From assembly GCA_963788235.1 (NCBI GenBank), contig CAWBFV010000004.1:406336-470335 (forward strand): a stretch of 64,000 nt of DNA, in the 5' to 3' direction. Shown in pieces: positions 17,138 to 26,703 of the stretch (position 1 is the first letter of the stretch; every line of letters starts with the position of its first letter). This DNA comes from an uncultured Chloroflexia bacterium. GTDB lineage: Bacteria > Chloroflexota > Limnocylindria > Limnocylindrales > CSP1-4. Position numbers and translations under genes: made by a program. The notes beneath the pieces were generated by a model that saw only the letters and a list, made by a program, of their open reading frames with translations, searched no databases and was not told the origin of the DNA.

Positions 17138-17962
17138 ATGGACCACGACGACGTTCTCGAACAACTGGAGCTTGCTGCGGTCGAACCCGGCGGGCTCGAC
17201 CGGCTCGTTGCCGGCGATACGCCGACCGCGGCTGCCGTGGTCGCCCACCTCGCGGGCTGCGAGCGGTGCGCCGAGGAGCTGCGCCGACTCGGCCGTGCCG
17301 CGCCATTGCTGCGCGACGTCGTCCGGACGACGCCGCCAGCCGATCTCCGTGACCGGACGCTCGCCTACGTCCGGGAGCACGGTCGGCCGCGGGGCACGGG
17401 GATCGGAGCGAGCCCCGTGCCCACGATGGGGTCGCGGACGACGGAGCCGGCCACGAGCTCGCGGACGCGCCGGATCCTGCCGTGGGTCGCGACGATCGCG
17501 GCGGTGATCGCCCTCGCGGTCAGCAGCGCGGGATTGCTCGCTTACCGCGACGTCGCCGACCGGATGACCGCCCAGGCGACGACGATCACGGCCCTGGAGC
17601 GGGTCCAGCGCGCCACCTTGGAGCTCAGCGGCGAAGCTGGGTCGAAGCGCGTCGAGCTCGCTGCTGCGAATGGCGGCGACACCAGCGGCACGCTGCTCTT
17701 CTCGCCGTCGACGACCAAGCTCGTCGTCGTCGCCTATGACCTCGCCCGGCCGCCGAGCGGCCAGGAATACCGCTGCTGGGTCGTCATCGACGGGCAGCGC
17801 CACGACGTCGGCAGGATGTTCTTCGCGGATGAGCTCGCCTTCTGGGTCGGCGAGACCCCCGAGGTCAGCCAGCTGCCCGCCGGCTCGCAGTTCGGGGTGT
17901 CAGCGACCCCGGTCGGGAGCCCGTCGCTCGAGGCCGATCCGGTCATCAGCGGCTCGCTCTGA
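17138..17962 (+). CDS. anti-sigma factor (zinc-finger N-terminus, single TM, RskA-like C-terminal domain)
   Basis: 274 aa immediately downstream of the ECF sigma gene. HLAGCERCAEEL motif, TM segment ILPWVATIAAVIALAVSSAGLLAY, and a C-terminal ...YRCWVVIDGQRHDVGRMFF... extracytoplasmic domain. Confidence 0.8.
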   Translation: MDHDDVLEQLELAAVEPGGLDRLVAGDTPTAAAVVAHLAGCERCAEELRRLGRAAPLLRDVVRTTPPADLRDRTLAYVREHGRPRGTGIGASPVPTMGSRTTEPATSSRTRRILPWVATIAAVIALAVSSAGLLAYRDVADRMTAQATTITALERVQRATLELSGEAGSKRVELAAANGGDTSGTLLFSPSTTKLVVVAYDLARPPSGQEYRCWVVIDGQRHDVGRMFFADELAFWVGETPEVSQLPAGSQFGVSATPVGSPSLEADPVISGSL

Positions 17963-18223
17963 CGAAACTTCGTCGGGCGGCTCATCCGGCGGGGGTGACT
18001 CGAGATAGGTCCGATGCAGGACCAGCAGCCGTTCCGCGGTATCGGGGCTGACGTCGCGGCCCTCGTCCGCGAGCATCTCCGACAGCCACAGCGCCTCGCG
18101 CGGGCGCTCGGTCTCATCGATGTCGACCTCGCGGCGCCTGGAGTCCATCACGACGACCCACACCAGGCCGGCCCCCACGACGAGCCCGACGATGAGCAGC
18201 CACCAGTTGAACTCGGCGTTCAC
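17900..18223 (-). CDS. small hypothetical membrane protein
   Basis: A GTG at 18223 gives VNAEFNWWLLIVGLVVGAGLVWVVVMDSRRRE..., one clear TM helix followed by an acidic tail. It overlaps the 3' end of the anti-sigma gene convergently by 63 nt. No family recognised. Confidence 0.4.
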   Translation of the reverse strand: MNAEFNWWLLIVGLVVGAGLVWVVVMDSRRREVDIDETERPREALWLSEMLADEGRDVSPDTAERLLVLHRTYLESPPPDEPPDEVSSERAADDRIGLERRAPDRGR

Positions 18224-18277
18224 CGCCGCGAAGTATAGGGACGGTCTCCGTCCCGGGCCGGCGGCTACACTCCGGCC

Positions 18278-19381
18278 ATGTTCGACGTTCCCCCCGACGC
18301 GATCGCGTTCCGGCTCGGGCCGATCGCGATCGGCTGGTACGGCCTGTGCTACGCGATCGGCCTCGCAGTCGCGTACCTCGTCCTGATCCGCCTCGCCCGC
18401 AAGGCGGGCGAGGACCCCGACGTCGTCGGCAACGGCATCATCATCGTCGCGATCGCGGCCCTGATCGGCGGGCGCCTGTACCACGTCATCGACCAGTGGC
18501 ATCTCTACGCCAACGACCCGATCAAGATCATCCTGCCGCCCTACTCGGGTCTGGGCGTGTACGGCGGGATCATCACCGGGACGATCGCCGGGTGGTGGTA
18601 CGCCCGCCGCCGCCAGGTGTCGTTCGCGCGCTGGGCCGACATCGTCGCCCCCGCGCTGTTCGTGATGCAGGCGATCGGGCGCTGGGGCAACTACTTCAAC
18701 CAGGAGCTGTACGGACCGCCGACGACCCTGCCGTGGGGCATCCCGATCGACTGCGCCCACCGGCTCCAGGATGTGTACTCGTGCGCGCTCTTCCCGGAGG
18801 CCACGACGCGCTTCCACCCGTTGTTCCTGTACGAGTCGATCTCGGGCATCCTCGGGGCGCTGTTCCTGTACTGGCTCGGGTCGCGCTACCGCAACCGGCT
18901 CCGACCCGGTGACCTGCTGCTGGTCTTCTTCATCTGGTACGGGACGACGCGGTTCGTCCTCGAGAACCTGCGCGCGGACAACTGGACGTTCTTCGGCATC
19001 CCGGTCGCGCAGATCGTGTCGCTCGCGATCGTCGCCGTCGGCGTGGCAGGGCTCATCCATCGACATCGCCCGCGCCATCCGGCCGATCGTCCACCGACCT
19101 TCCCGGACAAAGCGACGTGGGGCGCGCTCGGTGCGACCTGGATGACCAAGCCGATCGACGAATCGTGGGCGAACGTGCCGCCGAAACGCGACGAGCGTGC
19201 CGCCGGCGACGATGCGGACAAACTCGACGACGATGCCGACGAGGTCGACGATGACGTCGGAGACGGCGCCGCCGACGATCCCGCCGTCGATGCCGACGCC
19301 GTGACCGAGGTCCACACGCTGCCGACACCCGAGTCGGACGAGCCGACCGACGCACCGCCACGGGACGACCGGCCCGGATGA
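18278..19381 (+). CDS. lgt: prolipoprotein diacylglyceryl transferase
   Basis: 367 aa. GGRLYHV..., Lgt signature IGRWGNYFNQELYG, and FHPLFLYES. Carries a long acidic C-terminal extension. Confidence 0.95.
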   Translation: MFDVPPDAIAFRLGPIAIGWYGLCYAIGLAVAYLVLIRLARKAGEDPDVVGNGIIIVAIAALIGGRLYHVIDQWHLYANDPIKIILPPYSGLGVYGGIITGTIAGWWYARRRQVSFARWADIVAPALFVMQAIGRWGNYFNQELYGPPTTLPWGIPIDCAHRLQDVYSCALFPEATTRFHPLFLYESISGILGALFLYWLGSRYRNRLRPGDLLLVFFIWYGTTRFVLENLRADNWTFFGIPVAQIVSLAIVAVGVAGLIHRHRPRHPADRPPTFPDKATWGALGATWMTKPIDESWANVPPKRDERAAGDDADKLDDDADEVDDDVGDGAADDPAVDADAVTEVHTLPTPESDEPTDAPPRDDRPG

Positions 19382-20286
19382 CCGAGCCGGTCGAGCCGAC
19401 CGGCGCTCCCACCTCGGACCGGGCCGCGACACGGTCGTCCCGCCTCCCACCGGCGCGCGTCTCGCCCGAGGCCCTGGCCGCCGCGCGCGGCGGCGTCACC
19501 GAAGGCCTCGACTGGCTGGGGCGGGCACCTGAATCGAAGGCGTCGCTCCTGTACCGACTCGTCCGGTTGCTCGTCCGGTTCCTCGCCTTCGGCGTCTTCC
19601 GGTTCAAGATCGCGACATCGGGGCAGGAGCACATCCCGCCGGGCGGCTATCTCCTCGTCGCCGCGGCCCATCGCGGCTGGATGGACCCGTTCGTGGTCAT
19701 CCACGCGCTGCCGGTCGAACCGCGCAGCTGGATCCTCGGCAGCGGGCCGTCCACGTTCACGTCCCCGTGGCGGGAGTCGCTCACGAAGCGGCTCGGCGGG
19801 CTGCTCCCGGTGTGGCGCGGCGGTGTCGGGATCGAGCCCCACATCGCGTCGGCGAAGGCCGTACTCGCGAACGGCGGCGTCTTCGTGCAGATGCCCGAGG
19901 GGACCGTGAGCGGCCCCCCGGGCCGGCTGGGGGCGATGCGCCCGGGCTGGGCGATCATCGCGATGCGCACCGGCGCCCCGGTCCTCCCGCTCGCGATGGC
20001 CGGCACCGAGGAGCTGTACATCGGCCGACGGATGGCGTCGCGCGTCCTGCCGGTCACGTCGGCACGAGAGCTGGCCGGGTTGGAGCCTGGTGCGCCGTTC
20101 CCGGCGCCCGGATCGCGTGCGGAGCTGGACCTGGCCCGCCGGCTGACCGATCGCCTCGCCGAGCGGCTGGGGCCGGTCGTCGAGGAGCTGCACCCCTCGA
20201 CGATCGATCCGCCCGGCCGTCCGCGCCGCCTGCGGCGGCGCCTGACGTGGCTGTTCCTCAGGCCGGGGCGCCTGGATCGCGAGTGA
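19378..20286 (+). CDS. lysophospholipid (1-acyl-sn-glycerol-3-phosphate) acyltransferase family protein
   Basis: 302 aa with an ATGA overlap onto lgt. HX4D motif (AAHRGWMDP) and the MPEGTVSG block. Confidence 0.8.
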   Translation: MTEPVEPTGAPTSDRAATRSSRLPPARVSPEALAAARGGVTEGLDWLGRAPESKASLLYRLVRLLVRFLAFGVFRFKIATSGQEHIPPGGYLLVAAAHRGWMDPFVVIHALPVEPRSWILGSGPSTFTSPWRESLTKRLGGLLPVWRGGVGIEPHIASAKAVLANGGVFVQMPEGTVSGPPGRLGAMRPGWAIIAMRTGAPVLPLAMAGTEELYIGRRMASRVLPVTSARELAGLEPGAPFPAPGSRAELDLARRLTDRLAERLGPVVEELHPSTIDPPGRPRRLRRRLTWLFLRPGRLDRE

Positions 20287-20314
20287 GCGCGGCCCGGCTT
20301 CCGGCCGTCGCCGC

Positions 20315-21751
20315 GTGACATACTCCCCGCCGATGCGCTACGTCGAGTCGGTCCTCGATCTGGTCGGGAACACGCCGCTCGTCCGGATCCGGCGGATCGT
20401 CGCCGACCTCGGCCCGCTCGAGCGCCAGCCGTTGCTGCTGGCGAAGATGGAGATGCTCAACCCGGGCGGTTCCGTCAAGGACCGGATCGGGCTGCCGATG
20501 ATCGAGGCGGCCGAGGAGGCCGGCCTGCTGCGGCCCGGCGGGACGATCATCGAGCCGACCAGCGGCAACACCGGGCACGGCCTCGCGATCGCCGCCGCGC
20601 TCAAGGGCTACCGCTGCATCTTCGTGATGGCCGACAAGCAGTCGGTCGAGAAGCAGGCGCTGCTGCGGGCCTATGGCGCCGAAGTCGTGCTCTGCCCGAC
20701 CAACGTCGCGCCCGAATTGCCGGAGTCGTACTACAGCGTCGCCGCGCGTCTCGCCCGCGACATCCCCGGGGCGTTCAAGCCCGACCAGTACTGGAACATG
20801 GAGAACCCGGCCGCCCACGAGCGCACGACCGGCCCGGAACTGTGGGAGCAGACCGACGGCCGGATCACGCACTTCGTGGCGAGCGTCGGGACGGGCGGCA
20901 CGATCTCGGGTGCTGCCCACGTCCTGAAGCGACACAACCCGGCGATCCAGGTCATCGGCGCCGATCCGGAGGGCTCCGTGCTGTCCGGCGATACGGCGCG
21001 TCCATACCTCACCGAGGGTGTCGGCGAGGACTTCTTTCCGGGCACGTACGACCCGGCGATCATCGACCGCTGGGTGCGCGTCAGCGACCGCGACGCGTTC
21101 GCGATGGCACGCAGGATCACCCGCGAGGAGGGGATCCTGTCGGGTGGCTCGTGCGGGACCGCGATGGTCGCCGCCCGCGAGGTGGTCCGCGAGCTGGCCG
21201 CGACCGACGGTGGCACCGACGCGGTCGTGGTCGTGCTGCTCCCCGACAGCGGCCGGAGCTACCTCTCCAAGGTCTACAACGACGAGTGGATGCGCAACAA
21301 CGGCCTGCTGCCGACGACCGGCGCGTCCACGCGCATCGAGACGCTGCTCGCCGATCGCCACCGCGACCCGGATCGGCCCTCGGTCGTCGTGGCGCGGACC
21401 ACCGAGCGGGTCGGTGACGCGATCGAGACGCTGCAGGCGTACGGGATCAGCCAGCTGCCCGTGTCCGAAGCGCCCGAGGGCGACGACGTGGCGGGGCTCG
21501 TCGGTTCGATCAGCGAGAAAGGCCTGCTCGATCGGGCGTTCCGCGACCCCAGCGTCGTCGAGCGGACCGTCGGCGAGGTCATGGACCCGCCGCTGCCGAT
21601 CGTCGAGGCGTCGGCGAGCCTCGACGAGGCCTTCGCGCTGCTCAGCGGCGCCTCAGCCCTGGTCGTGATCCGCGGCGGTCGCCCGGTGGGGGTGACCACG
21701 AAGCTGGACCTGCTCGAGTACCTCGCGCACCACCGGGGTGACGGCGCCTAG
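20315..21751 (+). CDS. cystathionine beta-synthase (PLP domain plus C-terminal CBS pair)
   Basis: 478 aa. NPGGSVKDRIG (PLP Lys), EPTSGNTGHGLA, and a C-terminal tandem CBS-domain region. The start may be the downstream ATG (MRYVESV). Confidence 0.9.
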   Translation: MTYSPPMRYVESVLDLVGNTPLVRIRRIVADLGPLERQPLLLAKMEMLNPGGSVKDRIGLPMIEAAEEAGLLRPGGTIIEPTSGNTGHGLAIAAALKGYRCIFVMADKQSVEKQALLRAYGAEVVLCPTNVAPELPESYYSVAARLARDIPGAFKPDQYWNMENPAAHERTTGPELWEQTDGRITHFVASVGTGGTISGAAHVLKRHNPAIQVIGADPEGSVLSGDTARPYLTEGVGEDFFPGTYDPAIIDRWVRVSDRDAFAMARRITREEGILSGGSCGTAMVAAREVVRELAATDGGTDAVVVVLLPDSGRSYLSKVYNDEWMRNNGLLPTTGASTRIETLLADRHRDPDRPSVVVARTTERVGDAIETLQAYGISQLPVSEAPEGDDVAGLVGSISEKGLLDRAFRDPSVVERTVGEVMDPPLPIVEASASLDEAFALLSGASALVVIRGGRPVGVTTKLDLLEYLAHHRGDGA

Positions 21752-21781
21752 GATCCTGTTCGAGGCGACGCCCGTCCGCCG

Positions 21782-22017
21782 ACCTGCTGCTCATCGTTGA
21801 GGCGCATAACCCGCAGGCTGCCGCCGCAGATTCGCGCGATCCACCTGCTGCCCATCGCTGCCACGAATACCCAGCAGGCGGAATGCCCCCCAAGGCGGGT
21901 TTCGGCCCTCGTATCCCCGCAGTTCATGCGTGTCACGGATGGCCAGCAGGTTGGGCTGGGCCCGCCCCTTGGCCCGCGGCCCGCCCCTTGGCCCGCGGCC
22001 CCGCCCCTTGGGCCGTG
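21782..22017. repeat. composite intergenic tandem repeats (three ~36-nt palindromic units at ~60-bp spacing, then 3 x 19 bp)
   Basis: ACCTGCTGCtCATCGtTG...CCGCAGG (21782) and ACCTGCTGCcCATCGcTG...CCAGCAGG (21842) match at 28/36. A weaker third copy lies near 21915. Then CCCGCCCCTTGGCCCGCGG repeats three times (21961-22017). The region lies between the convergent CBS and OsmC genes. Confidence 0.75.
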
Positions 22018-22047
22018 CCCGGAATCGGCGCCGATGCGTCGTGCGGG

Positions 22048-22543
22048 CTATCTGACTGTCGAGGTCGTCAGGCTCACCTCGTTCGCCTTCAGCAGGGCAA
22101 GGTAGATCGGGCACCGATCGCCCCAGGCGGCGAGCATCGCATCGACCCGGTCGGTCGGGCGACTCGGTCGTGACCTGGATGTCGAGCGCGAGCTGGCCAA
22201 GGTCCGGTTTGGCATCGTCGATGGCGAGGAGGCCGCGGGCATCAGAGCTCGCTGAGGCCACGGCGCGGACATCCGCGATCTCGACGTCGAATTGCGGCGC
22301 CAGCGTGTCCCGCAGGAACGCCACTGCGCAGCCGGCGAGCGCGCCCAGGAGGTACGCCGTCGGGCTGGGAGCGAGGCCCGCGCCGCCGAGCGCCGCCGGC
22401 AGATCCGCATCCCAGTTGAACGACCCGGAGGTCAGCCGCGCGCGGCCGTTGACCAGGGTCGCCGTGACCGTCGGGGTGGATAGGGCGGCGGCCGGATCAG
22501 CGCGAAAGCGCGCTTCGGATTCGGTGATTGCAGTGGACAGCAT
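22048..22543 (-). pseudogene. OsmC/Ohr family peroxiredoxin-like protein, one frameshift
   Basis: The N-terminal 130 aa (…YLLGALAGCAVAF…DIQVTTESPD) are in the frame of ORF 21791..22543. The conserved C-terminus (RVDAMLAAWGDRCPIYLALLKANEVSL) is in the frame of ORF 22048..22410. The shift is near 22155-22165. Confidence 0.75.
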
Positions 22544-22684
22544 GGTCGGGCCTCTTCTATCCGGTGGGATCGATCATCGATCGCCTGGGGAGGACGCTAT
22601 CCACCGAGCGTCGCGAGGGGAACCGCGCTCGCACGCAATCCGGACTGCCGAACCCGCGGCCAGTGGCGGCCGACACGTAGTCCC

Positions 22685-23775
22685 CTAGTTCTCCCGCAGG
22701 TACCTGCCAACGGCTGCAGCTCGCGCGGCCGATCCGCTCACCCCGAGCTTGCCGTACAGGTTCGAAAGGTGCCGCTCGATGGTCCGGGGGCTCAGCGTGA
22801 GGGCCGCAGCGATCTCGTCGTTCGTCCGTCCATCGGCGCAGAGCGCGAGGACCTCACGCTCACGCGGTGAGAGTGAGGTCAGTGACAACCCGGTGCGGAC
22901 CGATCCCGACCGGTCCTCGGCAAGGAACGCCGACACCTCACCGATGAAGGTCGCCCAAGCAGGTTCGCCGGCGAGCAGGATGTGATTCTTGCTGGCGAGC
23001 GGGACCAATCGCGCGTTCGGGATCCGGGAAGAGACCTCCACGGCATTGCTGAAGTCGTGCGCCCGGTCACCAAGCGCCTGCAAGATCAAGGTCGGCGCCA
23101 CGATCCGCGACAGCTGATCTGCGATGTCGACCTGTTGACGGGCGATCCGGCTCGCGATCGCGTTCTCAGTCGACGTCGACATGCGCTGCAGATCGTCGAA
23201 CCAGCGCATCTGTTGCTCGGTCGCATCGGGGATGAAGATCGACGTGAACACACGCCGAAAGATGGGATCATCTTTCGCCCAGCCCGCCCGGATCATGCTC
23301 AGGTACGCCTCCTCCTCGGCGAGCGCCTCGCCTTCCCGTACAACCGGCACGCCGCAGGCGGTTCCGTAGAGGATCAGCCGGGAGACCGCGTCGGGGTGAG
23401 CGACCGCGTAGCCCATGGCGACCGTCGAGCCGCCCGACATACCGAGCACGGCGAACCGCTCCAGACCGACGGCCCCGATGACCGCCTCCAGATCTGCGAC
23501 TCGCGCAGCGAGCGAGAAGTCGGTGACGTCCCAGTCGGACATCCCGAAACCTCGCTCGTCGTAGCGGATGACCGTCGCGAGGCGGCCCAGGTCATCGAGG
23601 AAATGGCGCCAGACCGGGCTTTGCCAGTCGTGTTGCAGATGGCTGAGCCAACAGGACGCGACGACGAGCGGTGGCCCCGCGCCATGCACCGCGTATGCGA
23701 GCCGAGTCCCGTCTAGAGAACGACAAATCGGATCCCTCGGTCGGTGTCCGGCGGGGCGCCGGCGCTGGCGATCAT
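22685..23775 (-). pseudogene. alpha/beta hydrolase fused to a LuxR-type HTH domain; N-terminal frameshift
   Basis: Body in ORF 22685..24097: ...RYDERGFGMSD...VLGMSGGSTVA (GxSxG)..., with C-terminal LSPREREVLALCADGRTNDEIAAALTLSPRTIERHLSNLYGKLGV. There is no in-frame start downstream of the UbiA stop. An ATG at 23775 in another frame (MIASAGAPPDTDRGIRFV...) joins at about 23716-23730. Confidence 0.7.
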
Positions 23776-23808
23776 CTCGCGCCGATGGTACGCCCGATGC
23801 GAAACCGA

Positions 23809-24885
23809 CTAGAGCCAGGACAGCGGCAAGCGGATCGGCAGCAGCGCGTTCAGCAACAGGCCCAGCGTGAGCAGGCCACCGGCGCGACGCGTGTGGATGA
23901 ACGCGTAGCCGACGAACCACAACGGCCAGCCGCGTGCCGGGTAGCCGGGCGGCGGACCCGCCGGCTTTGGCTGGCGGAACACGGCGAGCACGCCCCGGAG
24001 CCTGGGCAGGGCGAGGACCACGAGCAATGCCCACGGTCCGATGTACCCGGCCAGGACGGCGAGCAGCGTCAGCGGGTAGAACAGGATCATCAGCCACTGC
24101 CCGACGACCCGGGCGCGAGCCTCACCGAGGATCACCGGCAGCGTCCGGACGCCGAGCTTCGAGTCGGCCTCGATCTTGTCGATGTGCTTGCCGAAGAGCA
24201 CGGACGTGACGAGCAGTGCGTAGGGGATCGAGACCAGGAGCACCCAGCTCGGGATCGTGCCGGTCGCCGCGAGGAACGTGCCGCCGACCATCAGCGGCCC
24301 CCAGACAAGGAACACGCCGGGCTCGCCGAGCCCGTGGTGCTTGAGGCGGATCGGCGGCGCGACGTAGAACACCGAGACGAACAGGCCGGCCAGCGCGAAG
24401 GCGATGATCAGCGGGCCACGGATCGCGGCGAGCGTGAGCATGATCACCGCGCCGATCGCGTTGACGATGAGGATCGCGGCCGCGAGCTGGCGCTTCGTGA
24501 CCCAGCCCGACAGGATCGGATGCGGTGCGTACAGCGCGCGGACGTAGTCGTCGGTGTCCACGCCGCCCGTCGTGTCGAAGTAGTCGTTGATCATGTTGTT
24601 GGCGGCATGCGCGAGGACGAGTCCGACGACCGCGAGCAGGAACAGCGCCCAATCGACCGGCGGGCCGCCGTGGACGCGGTTCGCTTCGACCGCCAGTAGT
24701 CCGCCGATCAGCCCCGACCAGATCGTCATCGGGAAGACCGCGGCCCGCGTGATCACGAGCCACTTGCCGACCGTGTCGAGCGGGCGCGTCGCCGGCGGGT
24801 TGGCGGTCTCGAGGATCTCCTTCCAGCCGAGCAGCCGTTCGCGCAGCGGGATGGCAGTGACGGGCGTGGGAGCGGTACGGTCCAT
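23809..24885 (-). CDS. UbiA-family (MenA-like) aromatic prenyltransferase
   Basis: 358 aa, polytopic membrane protein. First Asp-rich motif AANNMINDYFD and a second motif region GKHIDKIEAD. Confidence 0.85.
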   Translation of the reverse strand: MDRTAPTPVTAIPLRERLLGWKEILETANPPATRPLDTVGKWLVITRAAVFPMTIWSGLIGGLLAVEANRVHGGPPVDWALFLLAVVGLVLAHAANNMINDYFDTTGGVDTDDYVRALYAPHPILSGWVTKRQLAAAILIVNAIGAVIMLTLAAIRGPLIIAFALAGLFVSVFYVAPPIRLKHHGLGEPGVFLVWGPLMVGGTFLAATGTIPSWVLLVSIPYALLVTSVLFGKHIDKIEADSKLGVRTLPVILGEARARVVGQWLMILFYPLTLLAVLAGYIGPWALLVVLALPRLRGVLAVFRQPKPAGPPPGYPARGWPLWFVGYAFIHTRRAGGLLTLGLLLNALLPIRLPLSWL

Positions 24886-24976
24886 CGAGATCCTCGGCGT
24901 GAAGAAACGTGCGCGTGGAGCGTATCACGTTCCGCTCGCGCCACGGCCGACCCGAGCCCGATGCGAAGATGCAGCG

Positions 24977-25525
24977 ATGCCGGCCGTCCCCCCGATCCAA
25001 ACGGCGCGCTTCGAGCTCGTGTCGATGACGCTGCCGTTCATGGAGGCGCTCATCGCCCACGACATCGAGCGGGCGAGCGACGAGATCGGCGCCGTGGTCC
25101 CGGCGGACATGCCCGACGACCTCGAGCACTTCCTTGCGTACCGGACCGGGCAGATGCGCGACGACCCGGATGTCCAGCGATGGATCGGGCGGGCGATCGT
25201 GCTCGACGATGCCGATGGCCGCCGCGTGATCGGCTCGCTCGGGTTCCACGGCCCGCCCGACGAGGATGGCCGCGTCGAGGTCGGCTATCGCGTGGATCCG
25301 GCCCACCGACGCCAGGGCGTCGCCAGCGAGGTGGTCCGCGCCCTGTTCGATTGGGCGAATCGCGAGCACGGCATCACGCGCTTCCGCGCGGCCACCGCCC
25401 CGGGCAACGTCGCCTCGCAGGCCGTCCTCGCCCGGTTCGGATTCCGCCAGACGGGCATGCAGATGGACGAGATCGACGGGCCGGAGCTCGTGTTCGAGCT
25501 CGACGGATGGCACGCGACGGGCTGA
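24977..25525 (+). CDS. GNAT family N-acetyltransferase
   Basis: The internal ATG at 24977 gives 182 aa. VGYRVDPAHRRQGVASEVVRALFDWA is the acetyl-CoA-binding R/Q-x-x-G-x-A motif. Confidence 0.8.
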   Translation: MPAVPPIQTARFELVSMTLPFMEALIAHDIERASDEIGAVVPADMPDDLEHFLAYRTGQMRDDPDVQRWIGRAIVLDDADGRRVIGSLGFHGPPDEDGRVEVGYRVDPAHRRQGVASEVVRALFDWANREHGITRFRAATAPGNVASQAVLARFGFRQTGMQMDEIDGPELVFELDGWHATG

Positions 25526-25538
25526 TCCCGACGATGCC

Positions 25539-26703
25539 ATGATGGCCGGCATGCCGAGCCCTGACGACCAGGAGCCGTCGTTCGACACGCTCGCCGTCCA
25601 CGCGGGAGCCGAGCCCGACGAGCTGACGGGTGCGGTCGCGCCACCGATCTACCAGACCTCGACGTACCAGCAGGACTCGGTCGGCAATCCGCGGCGTGGC
25701 TACGAGTACGCGCGGTCGCAGAACCCGACCCGTGAGCGCCTCGAGCGGGCGATCGCGGCGCTCGAGGGTGGGCGGCACGGCATCGCGTTCGCGTCGGGCT
25801 CCGCGGCGACCGCGGCGATCGCCGAGCTGGCCGACCCGGGCGAGGAGGTGGTCGTCGGCGACGACGTCTACGGCGGCACGTATCGCTATCTCGAGCGGGT
25901 CCGCCGGCCTGGTGGCGGGGTCACCTCGACGTTCGTCGACCTCACGTCCGGCATGGACCAGCTGTGGGAGACGCTGTCCGAGCGCACGCGACTGGTCTGG
26001 TTCGAGACCCCGACGAACCCGCTGCTCAAGACCGTCGACATCGCCGCGGTGGCGGCGACCGTCGGGCGACGGGCCGACGAGGGTGGGCGGCGCCCGCTGA
26101 TCGTGGTCGACAACACGTTCGCCTCGCCCGCCATCCAGCGCCCGCTCACGCTCGGTGCCGACATCGTGTTCCACTCGGCCACGAAGTACCTGGCCGGGCA
26201 CTCCGACACGATCCTCGGGCTCGCCGTGACGTCGAGCGACGAGATCGGGGAGCGGCTGCGCTTCCTGCAGAACGCGATGGGCGCGGTGCCCGGGCCGCTG
26301 GATTGCTTCCTCGTGCTGCGCGGCCTGCGGACGCTCCATCTGCGCGTCGAACGGCACCAGGCCAACGCGACGGCGATCGCCGCGTTCCTCGAGGGCCGCG
26401 ACGACGTCGCGAGCGTCAGCTACCCGGGGTTCGGCGGCATGGTCTCGTTCCTGCCCGCGGCCCGCGAACGGAGCCACCGGCGCCGATCGGGCGAGGTCGA
26501 TCGCCGAGGGGATGCGACTCTTCACCCTCGCCGAATCGCTGGGCGGGGTCGAGTCCCTCGTCGAGGTGCCCGCGGCGATGACCCACCAGTCGGTGTCGGA
26601 GACGGCCCTGGAGGTCGACCCCGCGCTCGTCCGCCTGTCGGTGGGCATCGAGGGCATCGATGACCTCGTCGCCGACCTGCGCGGGGCGCTCGACCGCGCC
26701 TAG
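25539..26703 (+). pseudogene. cystathionine gamma-lyase/gamma-synthase family PLP enzyme, one frameshift
   Basis: MMAGMPSPDD...TLAVHAG...YEYARSQNPTRERLE...HSATKYLAGHSD (PLP Lys)...GFGGMVSF is in one frame. The conserved C-terminus RLFTLAESLGGVESLVEVPAAMTH...RLSVGIE is in the frame of ORF 26512..26703. The shift is near 26445-26465. Confidence 0.85.

Noticed and set aside
22577-22591. Palindrome GATCGAT-C-ATCGATC upstream of the OsmC gene as a possible operator.
   Set aside because: It is short, single-copy and low-complexity, and there is no adjacent MarR/OhrR-type regulator in the window. It is too weak to call.
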